Virus record (IMG/VR): IMGVR_UViG_3300008267_000033
Coordinates: 1 to 64,000 of that record
Origin: a virus
Lineage: Duplodnaviria; Heunggongvirae; Uroviricota; Caudoviricetes
Length of the DNA stretch: 64,000 nt
Reading direction: 5' to 3' (one strand)
Shown: positions 35,702 to 45,066 of the stretch, in pieces
Numbering within the stretch: the stretch's first letter is position 1
Layout: the number at the start of each line of letters is the position of its first letter
Program-made: the position numbers and the translations under genes
Notes under the pieces: generated by a model
What the model saw: only the letters and a program-made list of their open reading frames with translations
What the model was told of the DNA's origin: nothing
Databases searched by the model: none

Positions 35702-36316
35702 CTATTTAATCAAATGTGGCCATAAGTTGCCATATTCATCCAATGGTTCAGGTTTAAACCTGATGCTTGCGGCTACTCTCAATTGGGTGTGATGAGTTTC
35801 TGGGCGATGTAAAATATTGACATTGATCCAATGAGGAATATTAGAATCACATCGTCCAATTTCTACTGCTGTACGAGGATCCACAACTCTAGCTATTTCA
35901 ACAATAGAAGTACCAATAACATAGTCTGGTAAACTTTGATCTTTGATCTTGCCATCATACCACACAGTGTAGGTGTCTTCACAGTTGATCAGTGGAATGT
36001 TCAGTGCAATATCCACACCTACATCCACATGCGGAGGAAATTCACGAGTGCTTTCAACAGAGATAAACGTTATTACAAAAAAATTGTTGTATATACCCAG
36101 TCGTTGGAACTCTTGCATCAGAGTAGTACAAGTGTTGTGCATGAGTACTTTGTAGCTGATTTCCACAGCGGTGCTGGTATATGGAACCAGTGTGTCTTTC
36201 TTGGTTTGAATAAACAACTTCAATAATTCTTTTTGTATTGCAGGTAATAATTCTGGATTTAGGCTGGGCTCATGATACAGCCAATCAGGAGTGGTATTTC
36301 GATATTTGTAAACCAT
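35702..36316 (-). CDS. cupin / 2OG-oxygenase-like protein, paralog 2
   Basis: PPHVDVG (HxD) plus ETHH His motif; start set to ATG 36314-36316 (MVYKYRN), 7 nt after the stop of the upstream gene; the long N-terminal extension in the ORF track overlaps that gene. Confidence 0.35.
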   Translation of the reverse strand: MVYKYRNTTPDWLYHEPSLNPELLPAIQKELLKLFIQTKKDTLVPYTSTAVEISYKVLMHNTCTTLMQEFQRLGIYNNFFVITFISVESTREFPPHVDVGVDIALNIPLINCEDTYTVWYDGKIKDQSLPDYVIGTSIVEIARVVDPRTAVEIGRCDSNIPHWINVNILHRPETHHTQLRVAASIRFKPEPLDEYGNLWPHLIK

Positions 36317-36323
36317 ATGGTAT

Positions 36324-36818
36324 TTATACGCTGTTGGGCTCGTCGGCCACACGCCATGACAACAGTGCCAAATCTGCGGCAATTTCGTCGGTGACTGTGC
36401 CTTCACTGACGAAATTTCGTGAGCCGTCAGTGTCTCCGTTGCCCAGGCCATCACCAATGCCTGAACAGTACCAGTCCATGTAGTCGCCACCCTTGTCTTG
36501 CAGGTCAGCCACAATACCACCTGCACTACGCCAGGTGCATGACCAATAGACGTCTTTGAGTATGAGCCAAACATCTTGTTTTTGGAAACTGTTGTTGCAC
36601 AAGGCAGCATACAGGTTCTGTGCATAGGTGTCACTGCCACGCACTTTGCTCAAGAACCAGTCGGCCTGGCTCATGTCGTATTCCATGTTGTTGATCCGGT
36701 ACTCAGGAGTCTGCCTGCGTTCAGCTTCCAACTTGACCCACTTGCCACGGATGTCATCAAAGAAGTCATCATCAGTGCCTTCGCTTGCATGTTGTGGTTC
36801 TATTGTGATGTCGTTCAT
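36324..36818 (-). CDS. hypothetical acidic protein
   Basis: Start set to ATG 36816-36818 (MNDITIEP), preceded by AAAGGAA; avoids overlap with tRNA-Leu(TAA). Confidence 0.35.
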   Translation of the reverse strand: MNDITIEPQHASEGTDDDFFDDIRGKWVKLEAERRQTPEYRINNMEYDMSQADWFLSKVRGSDTYAQNLYAALCNNSFQKQDVWLILKDVYWSCTWRSAGGIVADLQDKGGDYMDWYCSGIGDGLGNGDTDGSRNFVSEGTVTDEIAADLALLSWRVADEPNSV

Positions 36819-36829
36819 GTCAGTTCCTT

Positions 36830-36913
36830 TGGTACGAGTAACCGGAGTCGAACCGGTACGCATTCAGCGGCGGATTTTAAGTCCGCTGGGTCTACCTATT
36901 CCCCCATACTCGC
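36830..36913 (-). tRNA. tRNA-Leu (anticodon TAA), type II
   Basis: 84 nt; anticodon stem GCGGA/TCCGC with loop CTTAAAA; long variable arm CGCTGAATGCG; ACCGGTTCGACTCCGGT; CCA. Confidence 0.65.
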
Positions 36914-36927
36914 ATGTTTGTATTTAC

Positions 36928-37002
36928 TGGTCCGGCGTACAGGAATCGAACCCATATTCGCGGAGTAGAAATCCGCTGTATTATCCATTATACTAACGCC
37001 AG
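36928..37002 (-). tRNA. tRNA-Arg (anticodon TCT)
   Basis: D-arm GTATAATGGATAATAC; anticodon stem GCGGA/TCCGC with loop TTTCTAC; CCA. Confidence 0.6.
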
Positions 37003-37005
37003 TGT

Positions 37006-37080
37006 TGGTGCCCACAGAGGGAATTGAACCCCCACTCAAGCGATTATGAGTCGCCTGCTTTACCATTAAGCTATGTGGGC
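37006..37080 (-). tRNA. tRNA-Met/Ile2 (anticodon CAT), third CAT tRNA in the array
   Basis: Acceptor GCCCACA/TGTGGGC; anticodon stem GGCGA/TCGCT with loop CTCATAA; GGGGGTTCAATTCCCTC; CCA. Confidence 0.65.
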
Positions 37081-37103
37081 TGATGTATATTGTAACAGGA
37101 ATT

Positions 37104-39158
37104 TTATTTATTGTCAAGCGACACTGTTGGTCTGGTCCAGACATCTGTGTGAACCCACTTGAAATCAAAATCTAATGATTGGCCTTGACCATGATGGTTG
37201 GCAGCTGGATTGTGATCATAAGTTTCGGCTTGTAAACTGATATCAAAATCTGCGTTCCATACCCCATCTGCATTAATTTCAAAATTGTAAACAGCACGGA
37301 ATTCAAATTTTGTTCCTGATGAACAATTATCAGGATATTTTGGATATCGTCTTGTGCCAAATTCTTTGAGATCTCGATCTGGATCAAACTCCACTCTAAA
37401 CCGGTAGGCACCCATGGCCAACCAGAACACCCGCAACAAAGGCCAAATTTCGTTGATCAAACTATTGGCCATGGGATTGATGTTCACTTTGATGATCTCG
37501 TAGTCAAAGTCTTTTTCCCAAGGAATTGAATCTGCCCAATTTGCAGGGTCTGACTCAATCTGATATTGATTTTTTAAGTCAGGTTCTTGACAGTGCGGTT
37601 GATAACGCCTTTTGGTGCCGTGCAATCTAAATTGTTCCAGCAGTATATTGGTAAGTTTGAATCTGACAAATCTGTGAAACACAGTGTTGCGCAGATCCTG
37701 TGTGGCCCATCCGTGAGTCCAGTCAATTCGTCTCACACCAAATCGTTCGCGTTCTAGATCCAAGGGTGTGTTGTGTCCCAGTCCGCAGGTGCCGGCACTT
37801 TGTGCGCCCATGCCTGAGTTACGCAGCCGCCACATCAAGGTTTGTGTTTGTGCCACGTCAGTCAATTCTTCGCCTGGAAATCCTGTGAACCAAGTAGCAA
37901 ACTGATTGCAAAAATCAATCTCAGCCATGTCGTTAAAATTTTGTTCGATCCATTCCACTCGACAATTTTTTTTCATCAAGTCCAGCACATTCTGTGATCC
38001 AGATTCCACACCAAAAGCAAACCCTGTGGCTCCTGATCGTTTTAACAGTGCCCAAAAGTCTCGGTCCATTTTACCATCAATTCGACTGTAGCCACTCCAA
38101 CTGATACATATTTGTCTTTCCATCAGTCCTTCAGCAAACCCTCTCAACTCACGAAGATTTCCATTCAGCAAACTGTCTATGAATGTGACACTTTGTATGT
38201 GTTGATTGCGATAGGCAATTTCAATTTCCTTCAACACACGAGATCCTTGACGGGCACGATATTTCCAAAACACTGTTTCATTGCAATACACACAGTTGGC
38301 AATGCACCCTCGGCTGAATTCGCTGGTTATGCCGTAAGATTCATATAACGAGATATCAAAATCACTGTAGTCAGCTGGGGGCATGCTGTCTAGATCTATA
38401 CGTGCATCTTTGCTTTGAGTTAAAAATTTTGGCAATTCTTCAGTGGGATTTTCTATGTTTTCCAGCACCTGCAACCACAACATTTCACCTTCGCCAGACA
38501 CATAATGATCAATTGCAGGGTTGTCGGCTCGGCTACCGCCAGGGCTAACGCCGCTGTTGTTGTTCATTTGTGTGATATTGGGACCGCCAATGATGATTTT
38601 TAAATCAGGTGATCGGCGTTTGAATTGTTCAATCATCCACATGACACATGCATCGTTGGTGTACCAACAACTGAATCCCAATACTGTGGGCTGCCAAGAC
38701 AAGATTTCATCTAAGTATGGCGTCAACATTGGCTCAAGCATGGGGTGCAATATCTTGCTGTAATGAGGATCTTGCCATTTCCAATCTTCATAACTGCTCC
38801 AATACGGCAGCAACTCCGGGCCTGCTTGTTTTTTACACACAGCATTGATATCCCATGTTTTGGTAGCAAACCCTGCATGCTTGCTCAGTGCTGCCATTCT
38901 AGCAATGCCATATGGTGGCGAAACAGTACTCCATTCGGGCATGACAATCAGTGCCACACGATTTGATCTAATTGTTTCGTAATGTATTACAACTTCAGTG
39001 AGATTTTTTTGTTTGCGACTTTCAGTTGGACTTTTTTGTGCGGCCACAAACATTTCAGAAAGTTTCACATGTGTGTCATTGCCGACCGCGACTGGAGACA
39101 CAGTTGGATACTGTGTTGTTTGAATGGGTATTATTTTTTTTGAATCGATAACTGACAT
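37104..39158 (-). CDS. B12-binding-domain radical SAM (class B) protein
   Basis: N-terminal Rossmann-like B12-binding region followed by FSRGCIANCVYC (CxxxCxxC); 684 aa. Confidence 0.6.
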   Translation of the reverse strand: MSVIDSKKIIPIQTTQYPTVSPVAVGNDTHVKLSEMFVAAQKSPTESRKQKNLTEVVIHYETIRSNRVALIVMPEWSTVSPPYGIARMAALSKHAGFATKTWDINAVCKKQAGPELLPYWSSYEDWKWQDPHYSKILHPMLEPMLTPYLDEILSWQPTVLGFSCWYTNDACVMWMIEQFKRRSPDLKIIIGGPNITQMNNNSGVSPGGSRADNPAIDHYVSGEGEMLWLQVLENIENPTEELPKFLTQSKDARIDLDSMPPADYSDFDISLYESYGITSEFSRGCIANCVYCNETVFWKYRARQGSRVLKEIEIAYRNQHIQSVTFIDSLLNGNLRELRGFAEGLMERQICISWSGYSRIDGKMDRDFWALLKRSGATGFAFGVESGSQNVLDLMKKNCRVEWIEQNFNDMAEIDFCNQFATWFTGFPGEELTDVAQTQTLMWRLRNSGMGAQSAGTCGLGHNTPLDLERERFGVRRIDWTHGWATQDLRNTVFHRFVRFKLTNILLEQFRLHGTKRRYQPHCQEPDLKNQYQIESDPANWADSIPWEKDFDYEIIKVNINPMANSLINEIWPLLRVFWLAMGAYRFRVEFDPDRDLKEFGTRRYPKYPDNCSSGTKFEFRAVYNFEINADGVWNADFDISLQAETYDHNPAANHHGQGQSLDFDFKWVHTDVWTRPTVSLDNK

Positions 39159-39358
39159 TGTCAGTTACTTATGCACAGTCAGTTTAGGAGTTTGTTGATA
39201 GCGTCTATGGCCATTTTTGCCAGATCTAAATCAATGCCCATTCTGTGTGCTATTTCTGCGGTGCTGAGATTGCGTTCCAACAGTTCGCGCACCTGGTTTA
39301 CGAGTTCTCGTTTCATGTACTATATATAACGTCTTAGCCCTGGCTAGATCAATTTTGC

Positions 39359-39625
39359 CTAACTGAACAACACCCATGTCCATGCTTTGACAAACAGCCA
39401 GATTGCGCCCAAGTACATCAACCCTATTGCAAGGCCAATCAGATCAAACGGTTCCGTCTTGGGGTTGTTAACGTGTCGCACCACAGCCGCACCCATGTGC
39501 AGGTCTTTTGCAATCAACACCATCAATGGCGCTACAACTTCGGGCACGGGTGCATGAAACTCTGCCATCATTTCGTCTGTAAAATCGGGCATGTCAAAGT
39601 CATCATCAACAGGTGTGGTGGCCAT
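39359..39625 (-). CDS. small membrane protein
   Basis: ORF track; hydrophobic C-terminus. Confidence 0.3.
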   Translation of the reverse strand: MATTPVDDDFDMPDFTDEMMAEFHAPVPEVVAPLMVLIAKDLHMGAAVVRHVNNPKTEPFDLIGLAIGLMYLGAIWLFVKAWTWVLFS

Positions 39626-39849
39626 TATTCTAGTCCCAGTGTGGCAGGTGAGTGATCTAAACTATCACGACCATCCTCGCTATAAAAAAACGCATCCGGA
39701 TCTGTGATTCTGATGCTCAAATCACTGTGCATCAAATCATAGTCCACAAAGTCATGATTGGCATCGTACACACGGAAATAATATTCTCCGTCGATACCGC
39801 GTATCAAACATCCTTCAACGCCTGTGGCACTTTTTGCAGTAGTCATCAT
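39625..39849 (-). CDS. hypothetical small protein
   Basis: ORF track; ATGA overlap. Confidence 0.3.
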   Translation of the reverse strand: MMTTAKSATGVEGCLIRGIDGEYYFRVYDANHDFVDYDLMHSDLSIRITDPDAFFYSEDGRDSLDHSPATLGLE

Positions 39850-40134
39850 TTACTCCCAGGTTCTGTGACGTTCAGCCACCCATTCACGGCCGTCATATTC
39901 CTCAACGTACCAATTGACATCATCGGGAACACTTACAATCTTCAATTCAGCATACTCACCGTTAGCGTCAGAGCTCATGAGTTCAACTATTGAAATCAAG
40001 TGCTCATCGTCTCTTGGAATGCGGCGGCTGTGAAAATCAAGATCTGTTATGCCGGCCAGTTCCCGGTATTTATTCTCGGCCGCGGCACTGAGCCCAAAAC
40101 CACCGTGGCAAGTGTTGATCACAACCTTGGTCAT
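39850..40134 (-). CDS. hypothetical small protein
   Basis: ORF track. Confidence 0.3.
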   Translation of the reverse strand: MTKVVINTCHGGFGLSAAAENKYRELAGITDLDFHSRRIPRDDEHLISIVELMSSDANGEYAELKIVSVPDDVNWYVEEYDGREWVAERHRTWE

Positions 40135-40622
40135 AGTTCATCCTCATACCAGTCAACAGCATCAGTTTCAATTACGACATGTCCAAACTGGAGTTGTCCG
40201 CCTTGTGAGCCAGTCACAAATGGCTCGGCAAACTCTTGAATAGCACCCAAGTCCAAGAATTGATCAAAATTGTCAACGTACTTTATATCGTCTAATCGAA
40301 TACAACCGATACTTCCTGCGTCTACACTGTATGCATGACCGTGTTGATCATGATAGGTGCCGTCACCGTAGGCAGTGCTGTAGATGGCAAACCTGCGTCC
40401 ATCGGGCAGTTCAAATTCGCCGTCAAGAATCCGTGGCTCTTTTATGATGATGTTGCAAATTTCACGCCACTCTTCATCGGCCATGACATAGCACAAATCA
40501 CCAATGTAGTATTTTCCGGCGGGCATCATGTTAGTATGTCTCCTTGATGATGTCAAACTGTTCAGCAGGCCATTGGGCCTTGAACTCGTCTGTTTTGACG
40601 TAGGCATTGTAGTCCGTGGCAT
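40131..40622 (-). CDS. hypothetical protein
   Basis: ORF track. Confidence 0.3.
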   Translation of the reverse strand: MPRTTMPTSKQTSSRPNGLLNSLTSSRRHTNMMPAGKYYIGDLCYVMADEEWREICNIIIKEPRILDGEFELPDGRRFAIYSTAYGDGTYHDQHGHAYSVDAGSIGCIRLDDIKYVDNFDQFLDLGAIQEFAEPFVTGSQGGQLQFGHVVIETDAVDWYEDEL

Positions 40623-40703
40623 TGAAAAACACCTTGCGAAACACTGCCGTGTGCTTGCCCTTTTCAGTGATTGTGAGATAAACTGATTTTGCTTTGCCTG
40701 CCA

Positions 40704-40916
40704 TTATGCTGTCTCCCGATCAAATTTACGTTCAACATCTGCCCACAGGGCAGGGTTCATCATGTCTGTATGGTATGCACAAATTTCTTCGGCATCCTCA
40801 AGCACCGAGCACCGGTCTACTGTGGTGCCAGCATACACACCTTCAACTGTTTCGGACCAACGAACCACGTCCCAACGTTCGGCTTTGTCATGCCATTCAA
40901 CTGTGAATCTCATCAT
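40704..40916 (-). CDS. hypothetical small acidic protein
   Basis: ORF track. Confidence 0.3.
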   Translation of the reverse strand: MMRFTVEWHDKAERWDVVRWSETVEGVYAGTTVDRCSVLEDAEEICAYHTDMMNPALWADVERKFDRETA

Positions 40917-41284
40917 GCAGCCTTTCTAAAATAACCGTAGGGCAAGCCCTGGGTGAAACAAAAATAGTCGGCGTCGCCATTGGCGTGTTCAGCATCCATG
41001 AGCCAGGCAATCACACGCTCACGGTCGGCGCCTGTGTGCATGAGACTAGTAACACGATCTTCAAACTTCACAACAGCGTCGGCTTCAGCTGTCTTGCGGT
41101 CAGCCTCTTCACGCTGGATCACAGCACCAAGGCTGGCAAACTCTATTTCAAAGTCTGCAAAGGTCCAGCTGGAGGTGTCAACACCACGGGGACGATGGCC
41201 GTAAGCGTCCTTGTACATGTCCCAATAGGTGCATTGGGCTTGCTCAAGATCTGTCATGTCTTCCCAAGATTTCAACTGTTCCAT
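40913..41284 (-). CDS. hypothetical early protein
   Basis: ATG 41282-41284 preceded by AGGAG and the consensus promoter at 41315-41343. Confidence 0.35.
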   Translation of the reverse strand: MEQLKSWEDMTDLEQAQCTYWDMYKDAYGHRPRGVDTSSWTFADFEIEFASLGAVIQREEADRKTAEADAVVKFEDRVTSLMHTGADRERVIAWLMDAEHANGDADYFCFTQGLPYGYFRKAA

Positions 41285-41314
41285 TGCTGACTCCTTTTTG
41301 CTTTGTATGCCACT

Positions 41315-41343
41315 ATTATAGCAGTTTGTGAATTATTGTGCAA
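41315..41343 (-). promoter_or_regulatory. sigma70-type promoter cassette (TTGCAC-17-TATAAT) with the conserved 5' UTR AGTGGCATACAAAGCAAAAAGGAG
   Basis: -35 at 41338-43, -10 at 41315-20, SD 41291-95, ATG 41282-84. Confidence 0.6.
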
Positions 41344-41665
41344 CCGATTTAACACGCACATCAGTGTTGAGTGAAGGTGTGTACTTTTGTATTAACTCGC
41401 GCTCTAACTTGTGTGCAACATCTTTGCCACGCACAATGTCCACGATTGCATAGTTTACAGCGGCTTCGCCTGCGGCACGAATTGCTTCGTACAGGTTCCA
41501 GCTCTTGTCTTCTGTGCGGGCGCGGTAGATGTGCTTGTTAACACGGCTACGAATAGACATGTTGATTGTGCGCTGAGTTTTAGCGGTAATACCAATGTAG
41601 TACTCCAATCCAATTTGGATTGTGTACACAATGTGGGTTCGATCAGTACGTTTCTTTCTTATCAT
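41333..41665 (-). CDS. GIY-YIG nuclease (standalone catalytic domain)
   Basis: IVYTIQ...YYIGIT GIY-YIG motif with downstream Arg/Glu/Asn; -10 box only 6 nt from the ATG (leaderless). Confidence 0.6.
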   Translation of the reverse strand: MIRKKRTDRTHIVYTIQIGLEYYIGITAKTQRTINMSIRSRVNKHIYRARTEDKSWNLYEAIRAAGEAAVNYAIVDIVRGKDVAHKLERELIQKYTPSLNTDVRVKSVAQ

Positions 41666-41671
41666 GTGTGT

Positions 41672-41700
41672 ATTATAGCATTTCGGGCATATTCGGTCAA
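41672..41700 (-). promoter_or_regulatory. sigma70-type promoter (TTGACC-17-TATAAT) giving a leaderless GIY-YIG mRNA
   Basis: -35 at 41695-700, -10 at 41672-77; only ACACAC between the -10 and the ATG at 41663-65. Confidence 0.55.
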
Positions 41701-41747
41701 CCGAACGGTTGTACTACAAAAGTACTACTTTTTGGGTTTCACACCCG

Positions 41748-41765
41748 GTAATACTTGAGTACTAT
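41748..41765. promoter_or_regulatory. palindrome variant GTAATACTTGAGTACTAT directly upstream of the plus-strand GT10-like gene (ATG 41776)
   Basis: Overlaps TATAAGTAT, reminiscent of a T4-type late promoter TATAAATA. Confidence 0.35.
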
Positions 41766-41775
41766 AAGTATTTGT

Positions 41776-42831
41776 ATGACTGACTTGTACCACAGCATAT
41801 ACGAAAACGAAATATTTGTCAAGAGCCGTTGTATTTGGCACGAAAACACCTTGCTGGACTTTTTCCGCAGTCAGCTTATGGCCTTGGGTTACAGCGCCGC
41901 AGACCATAGCAACAAGGTATGGCGGCGAGGTGATCAAACTGTGATTACTTGCCTAGTAGATGATTTTACCACCTGCAACACCAACCATGATCTCAAACTG
42001 CCTTACATGTTTGATCGCAACACTGTGGTCATAACCGACACCTGGTGTGGGGCGCCTACTCAATATCAAGTGGCAACATTGCCCAACAGTTTTTTTGGTA
42101 TCTATGCACATGATCCTGAACGCCTGGCCTGGCAACCCCAACGCAGGTTTAATTTTGCAGTGAATCGCCTGGATGCCAAACGCATGTTGATGCTGTTGGA
42201 ATTGCAGTTAAGGTCAGAAGATCATCCTAGTGACCAGGATTACATCAATTTCAACTGCTGGTCATGGGATGGTGACAATTCCAACACACCTGGACTACAA
42301 GCAAACTTTCAACGCCAGTACCACTTGTTGGAATCACAATACAATGACGTATATGAGCACACTTACAATAGACTGTGTGACACAATGCCTTATGTCAATC
42401 ATGAATTGTCACAGACACAGGTACATCGATCAGCCTGGATGAACATTGTGATGGAAACTTACAGCAGTGACAACACTGTGGCCTTGAGTGAAAAAACATT
42501 TAGGGCCTTGTGTTTGCCTGTGCCTTGGCAACTGTATTCAGGACGACACACTGTGGCCCGACTGGCCAGCCTGGGTTTTGACACCCTAGCAGACACAGTC
42601 ACACATGGTTACGATTCCATGATTGAAAATCGCACAGCAGCCTACGGAGACAAAATGGTAGACTTTTTGTTTGAAGCCACTGAAAATGTACAGCAATTTC
42701 AACAGCAAGATATCACTGATCGTTGTGTTCAGGCCGCTGAACATAACATCACACTGTTACAATCCATGCAACAGCAGTGGCCTTCAGACTTTGCTGCCTG
42801 GTGGCCTGGAGTGCTGAAAAAATTACAATGA
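41776..42831 (+). CDS. GT10-like glycosyltransferase, paralog 3
   Basis: LSEKTFRALCLPVPWQLYSGRHTVARLASLGFDTLADTVTHGYD motif; start moved from the TTG at 41755 to ATG 41776. Confidence 0.4.
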   Translation: MTDLYHSIYENEIFVKSRCIWHENTLLDFFRSQLMALGYSAADHSNKVWRRGDQTVITCLVDDFTTCNTNHDLKLPYMFDRNTVVITDTWCGAPTQYQVATLPNSFFGIYAHDPERLAWQPQRRFNFAVNRLDAKRMLMLLELQLRSEDHPSDQDYINFNCWSWDGDNSNTPGLQANFQRQYHLLESQYNDVYEHTYNRLCDTMPYVNHELSQTQVHRSAWMNIVMETYSSDNTVALSEKTFRALCLPVPWQLYSGRHTVARLASLGFDTLADTVTHGYDSMIENRTAAYGDKMVDFLFEATENVQQFQQQDITDRCVQAAEHNITLLQSMQQQWPSDFAAWWPGVLKKLQ

Positions 42832-43451
42832 ACATTGAACAAGCATTGACAGATAAATTTTGTATGTTTTACAAGATCAATGTTGACCCAATGCTACTAG
42901 CGCCTGGTCAATTGTTGTCAACGTCGTTGAATCATGTGAATCATTGTTTACGCACCCTGGGAGCCAACATTGCATCATGGCCCTGGGGAGATCAAGACGA
43001 AGCCACACGCCTGGTTAGAGTCAACTGGATCTATCAAAATCTACAGCAAGAACCCATACGAAAACCTATTCTAGTAGATCATTTGCACAGAGTCATCTGC
43101 GGAGATACTAGACTCATGGCCTTGTCTTTGTTAAAAGATCTCCCGGCTGTGAGTGTTGTAATGGTCTGCCCAGTGCACCTGCAGGATCAGTATAATCATT
43201 GGATACGCATACGCAACAATCAAGATCTTGTACACGCAGCGAATTTCCAGCCGGATGCACAGGTTCTGGTTGACATCAGCGGTGACAAAATCTGCTGGTT
43301 AGAAATTGGAGATCAAAGTACTGCTCACCATTTGCATGATCATGACACAAGAGTTGCAATGATGACCAACTACTTGAAGACTCAATCTGCAGAACTTGAG
43401 ATAACTACTCAGTGGTGCAGCGACTCGATTGATTGGTCCAGATTCATATGA
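42828..43451 (+). CDS. hypothetical protein
   Basis: In-frame Met MNIEQALTD inside ORF 42777..43451; overlaps flanking genes by a few nt. Confidence 0.3.
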   Translation: MNIEQALTDKFCMFYKINVDPMLLAPGQLLSTSLNHVNHCLRTLGANIASWPWGDQDEATRLVRVNWIYQNLQQEPIRKPILVDHLHRVICGDTRLMALSLLKDLPAVSVVMVCPVHLQDQYNHWIRIRNNQDLVHAANFQPDAQVLVDISGDKICWLEIGDQSTAHHLHDHDTRVAMMTNYLKTQSAELEITTQWCSDSIDWSRFI

Positions 43452-44410
43452 TCAGACATTATTCAGAATTTTTTCAAAACACACTGACAAAGTTAGGTTT
43501 TGACGTGCATGGTGTTTGGAATACATTTGATCCTCCTTACAATCACGACACTGGGTGGCCAATCAAATTACCTGACATTGAATTCCGCGCCAGCACTTTG
43601 TTGGTCATGCACTTTCAAGATTTTGTCACACACAAAGATGGCAAAATTTTAGAACTCGAACAGGTTGAACAAAAATATCAACAATATGCCAATCAAGTGG
43701 TGGTGATTTATTGGCCACACAACCTCAAACACTACTACACAGGCCCAATCAAATTGATCGAATTCAATGTACACGAATATCAGATCTTGCAAAATTTACA
43801 TGTTCGTTGGGACGAATGGCGACACATGGTATCCATGCCCAAAACCCTAGCCTGGCAATGTTTGAATGGCAGGATGTGTGCGCATAGATTTCAAGTCAAA
43901 GAGATTTTGCAACACTGGCCCAATGGCATACTCAGTTATCACGATGCTGTGCCTTTGAGCCAATGGGATTACAGCACATATCAGGGCACCGAGAACGAAG
44001 ACAATTTCATACGGTTGCTAGATGTGTATGGCAGTTGTGCAGTAAACATTGTGACAGAAACTCAATACAACACAGCACCAGGCATAATCACAGAAAAAAC
44101 TTTTATGGCCATGTTGGCCGAACAAATACCCATTGTGATTGGATATCCAGGCATTGTTCAAGATTGCATTGAATTGGGATTTGACATGTTCACGGACATT
44201 GTCGATGTATCTTATGATTACCTGTCCAATGATCAACGGATTCAACATGCCTTAGAAACAAATCGAGATATAATACTTGGCAAGATAGATCTTGCACCCT
44301 ATCGTGAACGTCTATGTGCGCAACGTGAATTCTTGTTGGATGATTATCCCACTGTAATGGAGTTGCGTTTTATTCGTGACTGCGAACAACTCAGTAACTC
44401 AAACTTGTGA
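43433..44410 (+). CDS. GT10-like glycosyltransferase, paralog 4
   Basis: ITEKTFMAMLAEQIPIVIGYPGIVQDCIELGFDMFTDIVDVSYD motif. Confidence 0.4.
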   Translation: MVQIHMIRHYSEFFQNTLTKLGFDVHGVWNTFDPPYNHDTGWPIKLPDIEFRASTLLVMHFQDFVTHKDGKILELEQVEQKYQQYANQVVVIYWPHNLKHYYTGPIKLIEFNVHEYQILQNLHVRWDEWRHMVSMPKTLAWQCLNGRMCAHRFQVKEILQHWPNGILSYHDAVPLSQWDYSTYQGTENEDNFIRLLDVYGSCAVNIVTETQYNTAPGIITEKTFMAMLAEQIPIVIGYPGIVQDCIELGFDMFTDIVDVSYDYLSNDQRIQHALETNRDIILGKIDLAPYRERLCAQREFLLDDYPTVMELRFIRDCEQLSNSNL

Positions 44411-44750
44411 TGAATCGTTGCATGTCTCCATGCAACACAGCCATCATTGCTTCTTTGCTGCCAAACATTATCAGTTTGTTCAGCTTGCGATTGTTGATCA
44501 TGTAGTAGGGACAAGTCATGCGACGATCCAATGCAATTAAGTTTTTGGGTGTCAACAGTTTTTCTGGAAGATCAAATGAATAACTGCTAAGTTCCAACAA
44601 GTTCTCAAACACATAAAAACCTTCATATGTGAGTCGCAATCCCCCATCATCTCTGATGTTCTGCCACCAGGTACGCATGGCATCATCCAAAGTGGGCGCA
44701 TCAGGATAACGTGTTATGAGTTCTTGAGTAAGGGCAAGTTTATTGAGCAT
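44391..44750 (-). CDS. hypothetical protein
   Basis: ORF track. Confidence 0.3.
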   Translation of the reverse strand: MLNKLALTQELITRYPDAPTLDDAMRTWWQNIRDDGGLRLTYEGFYVFENLLELSSYSFDLPEKLLTPKNLIALDRRMTCPYYMINNRKLNKLIMFGSKEAMMAVLHGDMQRFITSLSY

Positions 44751-45036
44751 TGGGATAAATTTTATCCCCTTGCGTTAACAGCACCACACTGAACTTGTCA
44801 GTTCGGAATTGTGTGTTAAGTTTGCGAGCTAGGTTGATAGCGTGTCCGGGGTTGGAGAAAGATACCTTTTTGTATTTGGGTCCAGGAAACTGCGTAAGCA
44901 AGTTGCTGGTCTTTAGATTGATAGGCTTGGTATCAAAGAACACTGCCCACACACCTTCCGAGGCCAGCACTTGTTCTGTCTTGTAGGTTTGTTTGTTTGT
45001 GTGCTCGATCAGCACTGTTGGCTTTGGTCTTGACAT
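44740..45036 (-). CDS. hypothetical protein
   Basis: ORF track. Confidence 0.3.
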   Translation of the reverse strand: MSRPKPTVLIEHTNKQTYKTEQVLASEGVWAVFFDTKPINLKTSNLLTQFPGPKYKKVSFSNPGHAINLARKLNTQFRTDKFSVVLLTQGDKIYPNAQ

Positions 45037-45066
45037 ATTAAACTCCGTGTTTATTTATGTCAATAT

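Noticed and set aside
36324-36863. ORF-track N-terminal extensions of 36324..36863 and 35702..36640
   Set aside because: The extensions overlap tRNA-Leu(TAA) and each other in different frames; internal ATGs with good RBS or coupling (36818 and 36316) give non-overlapping genes
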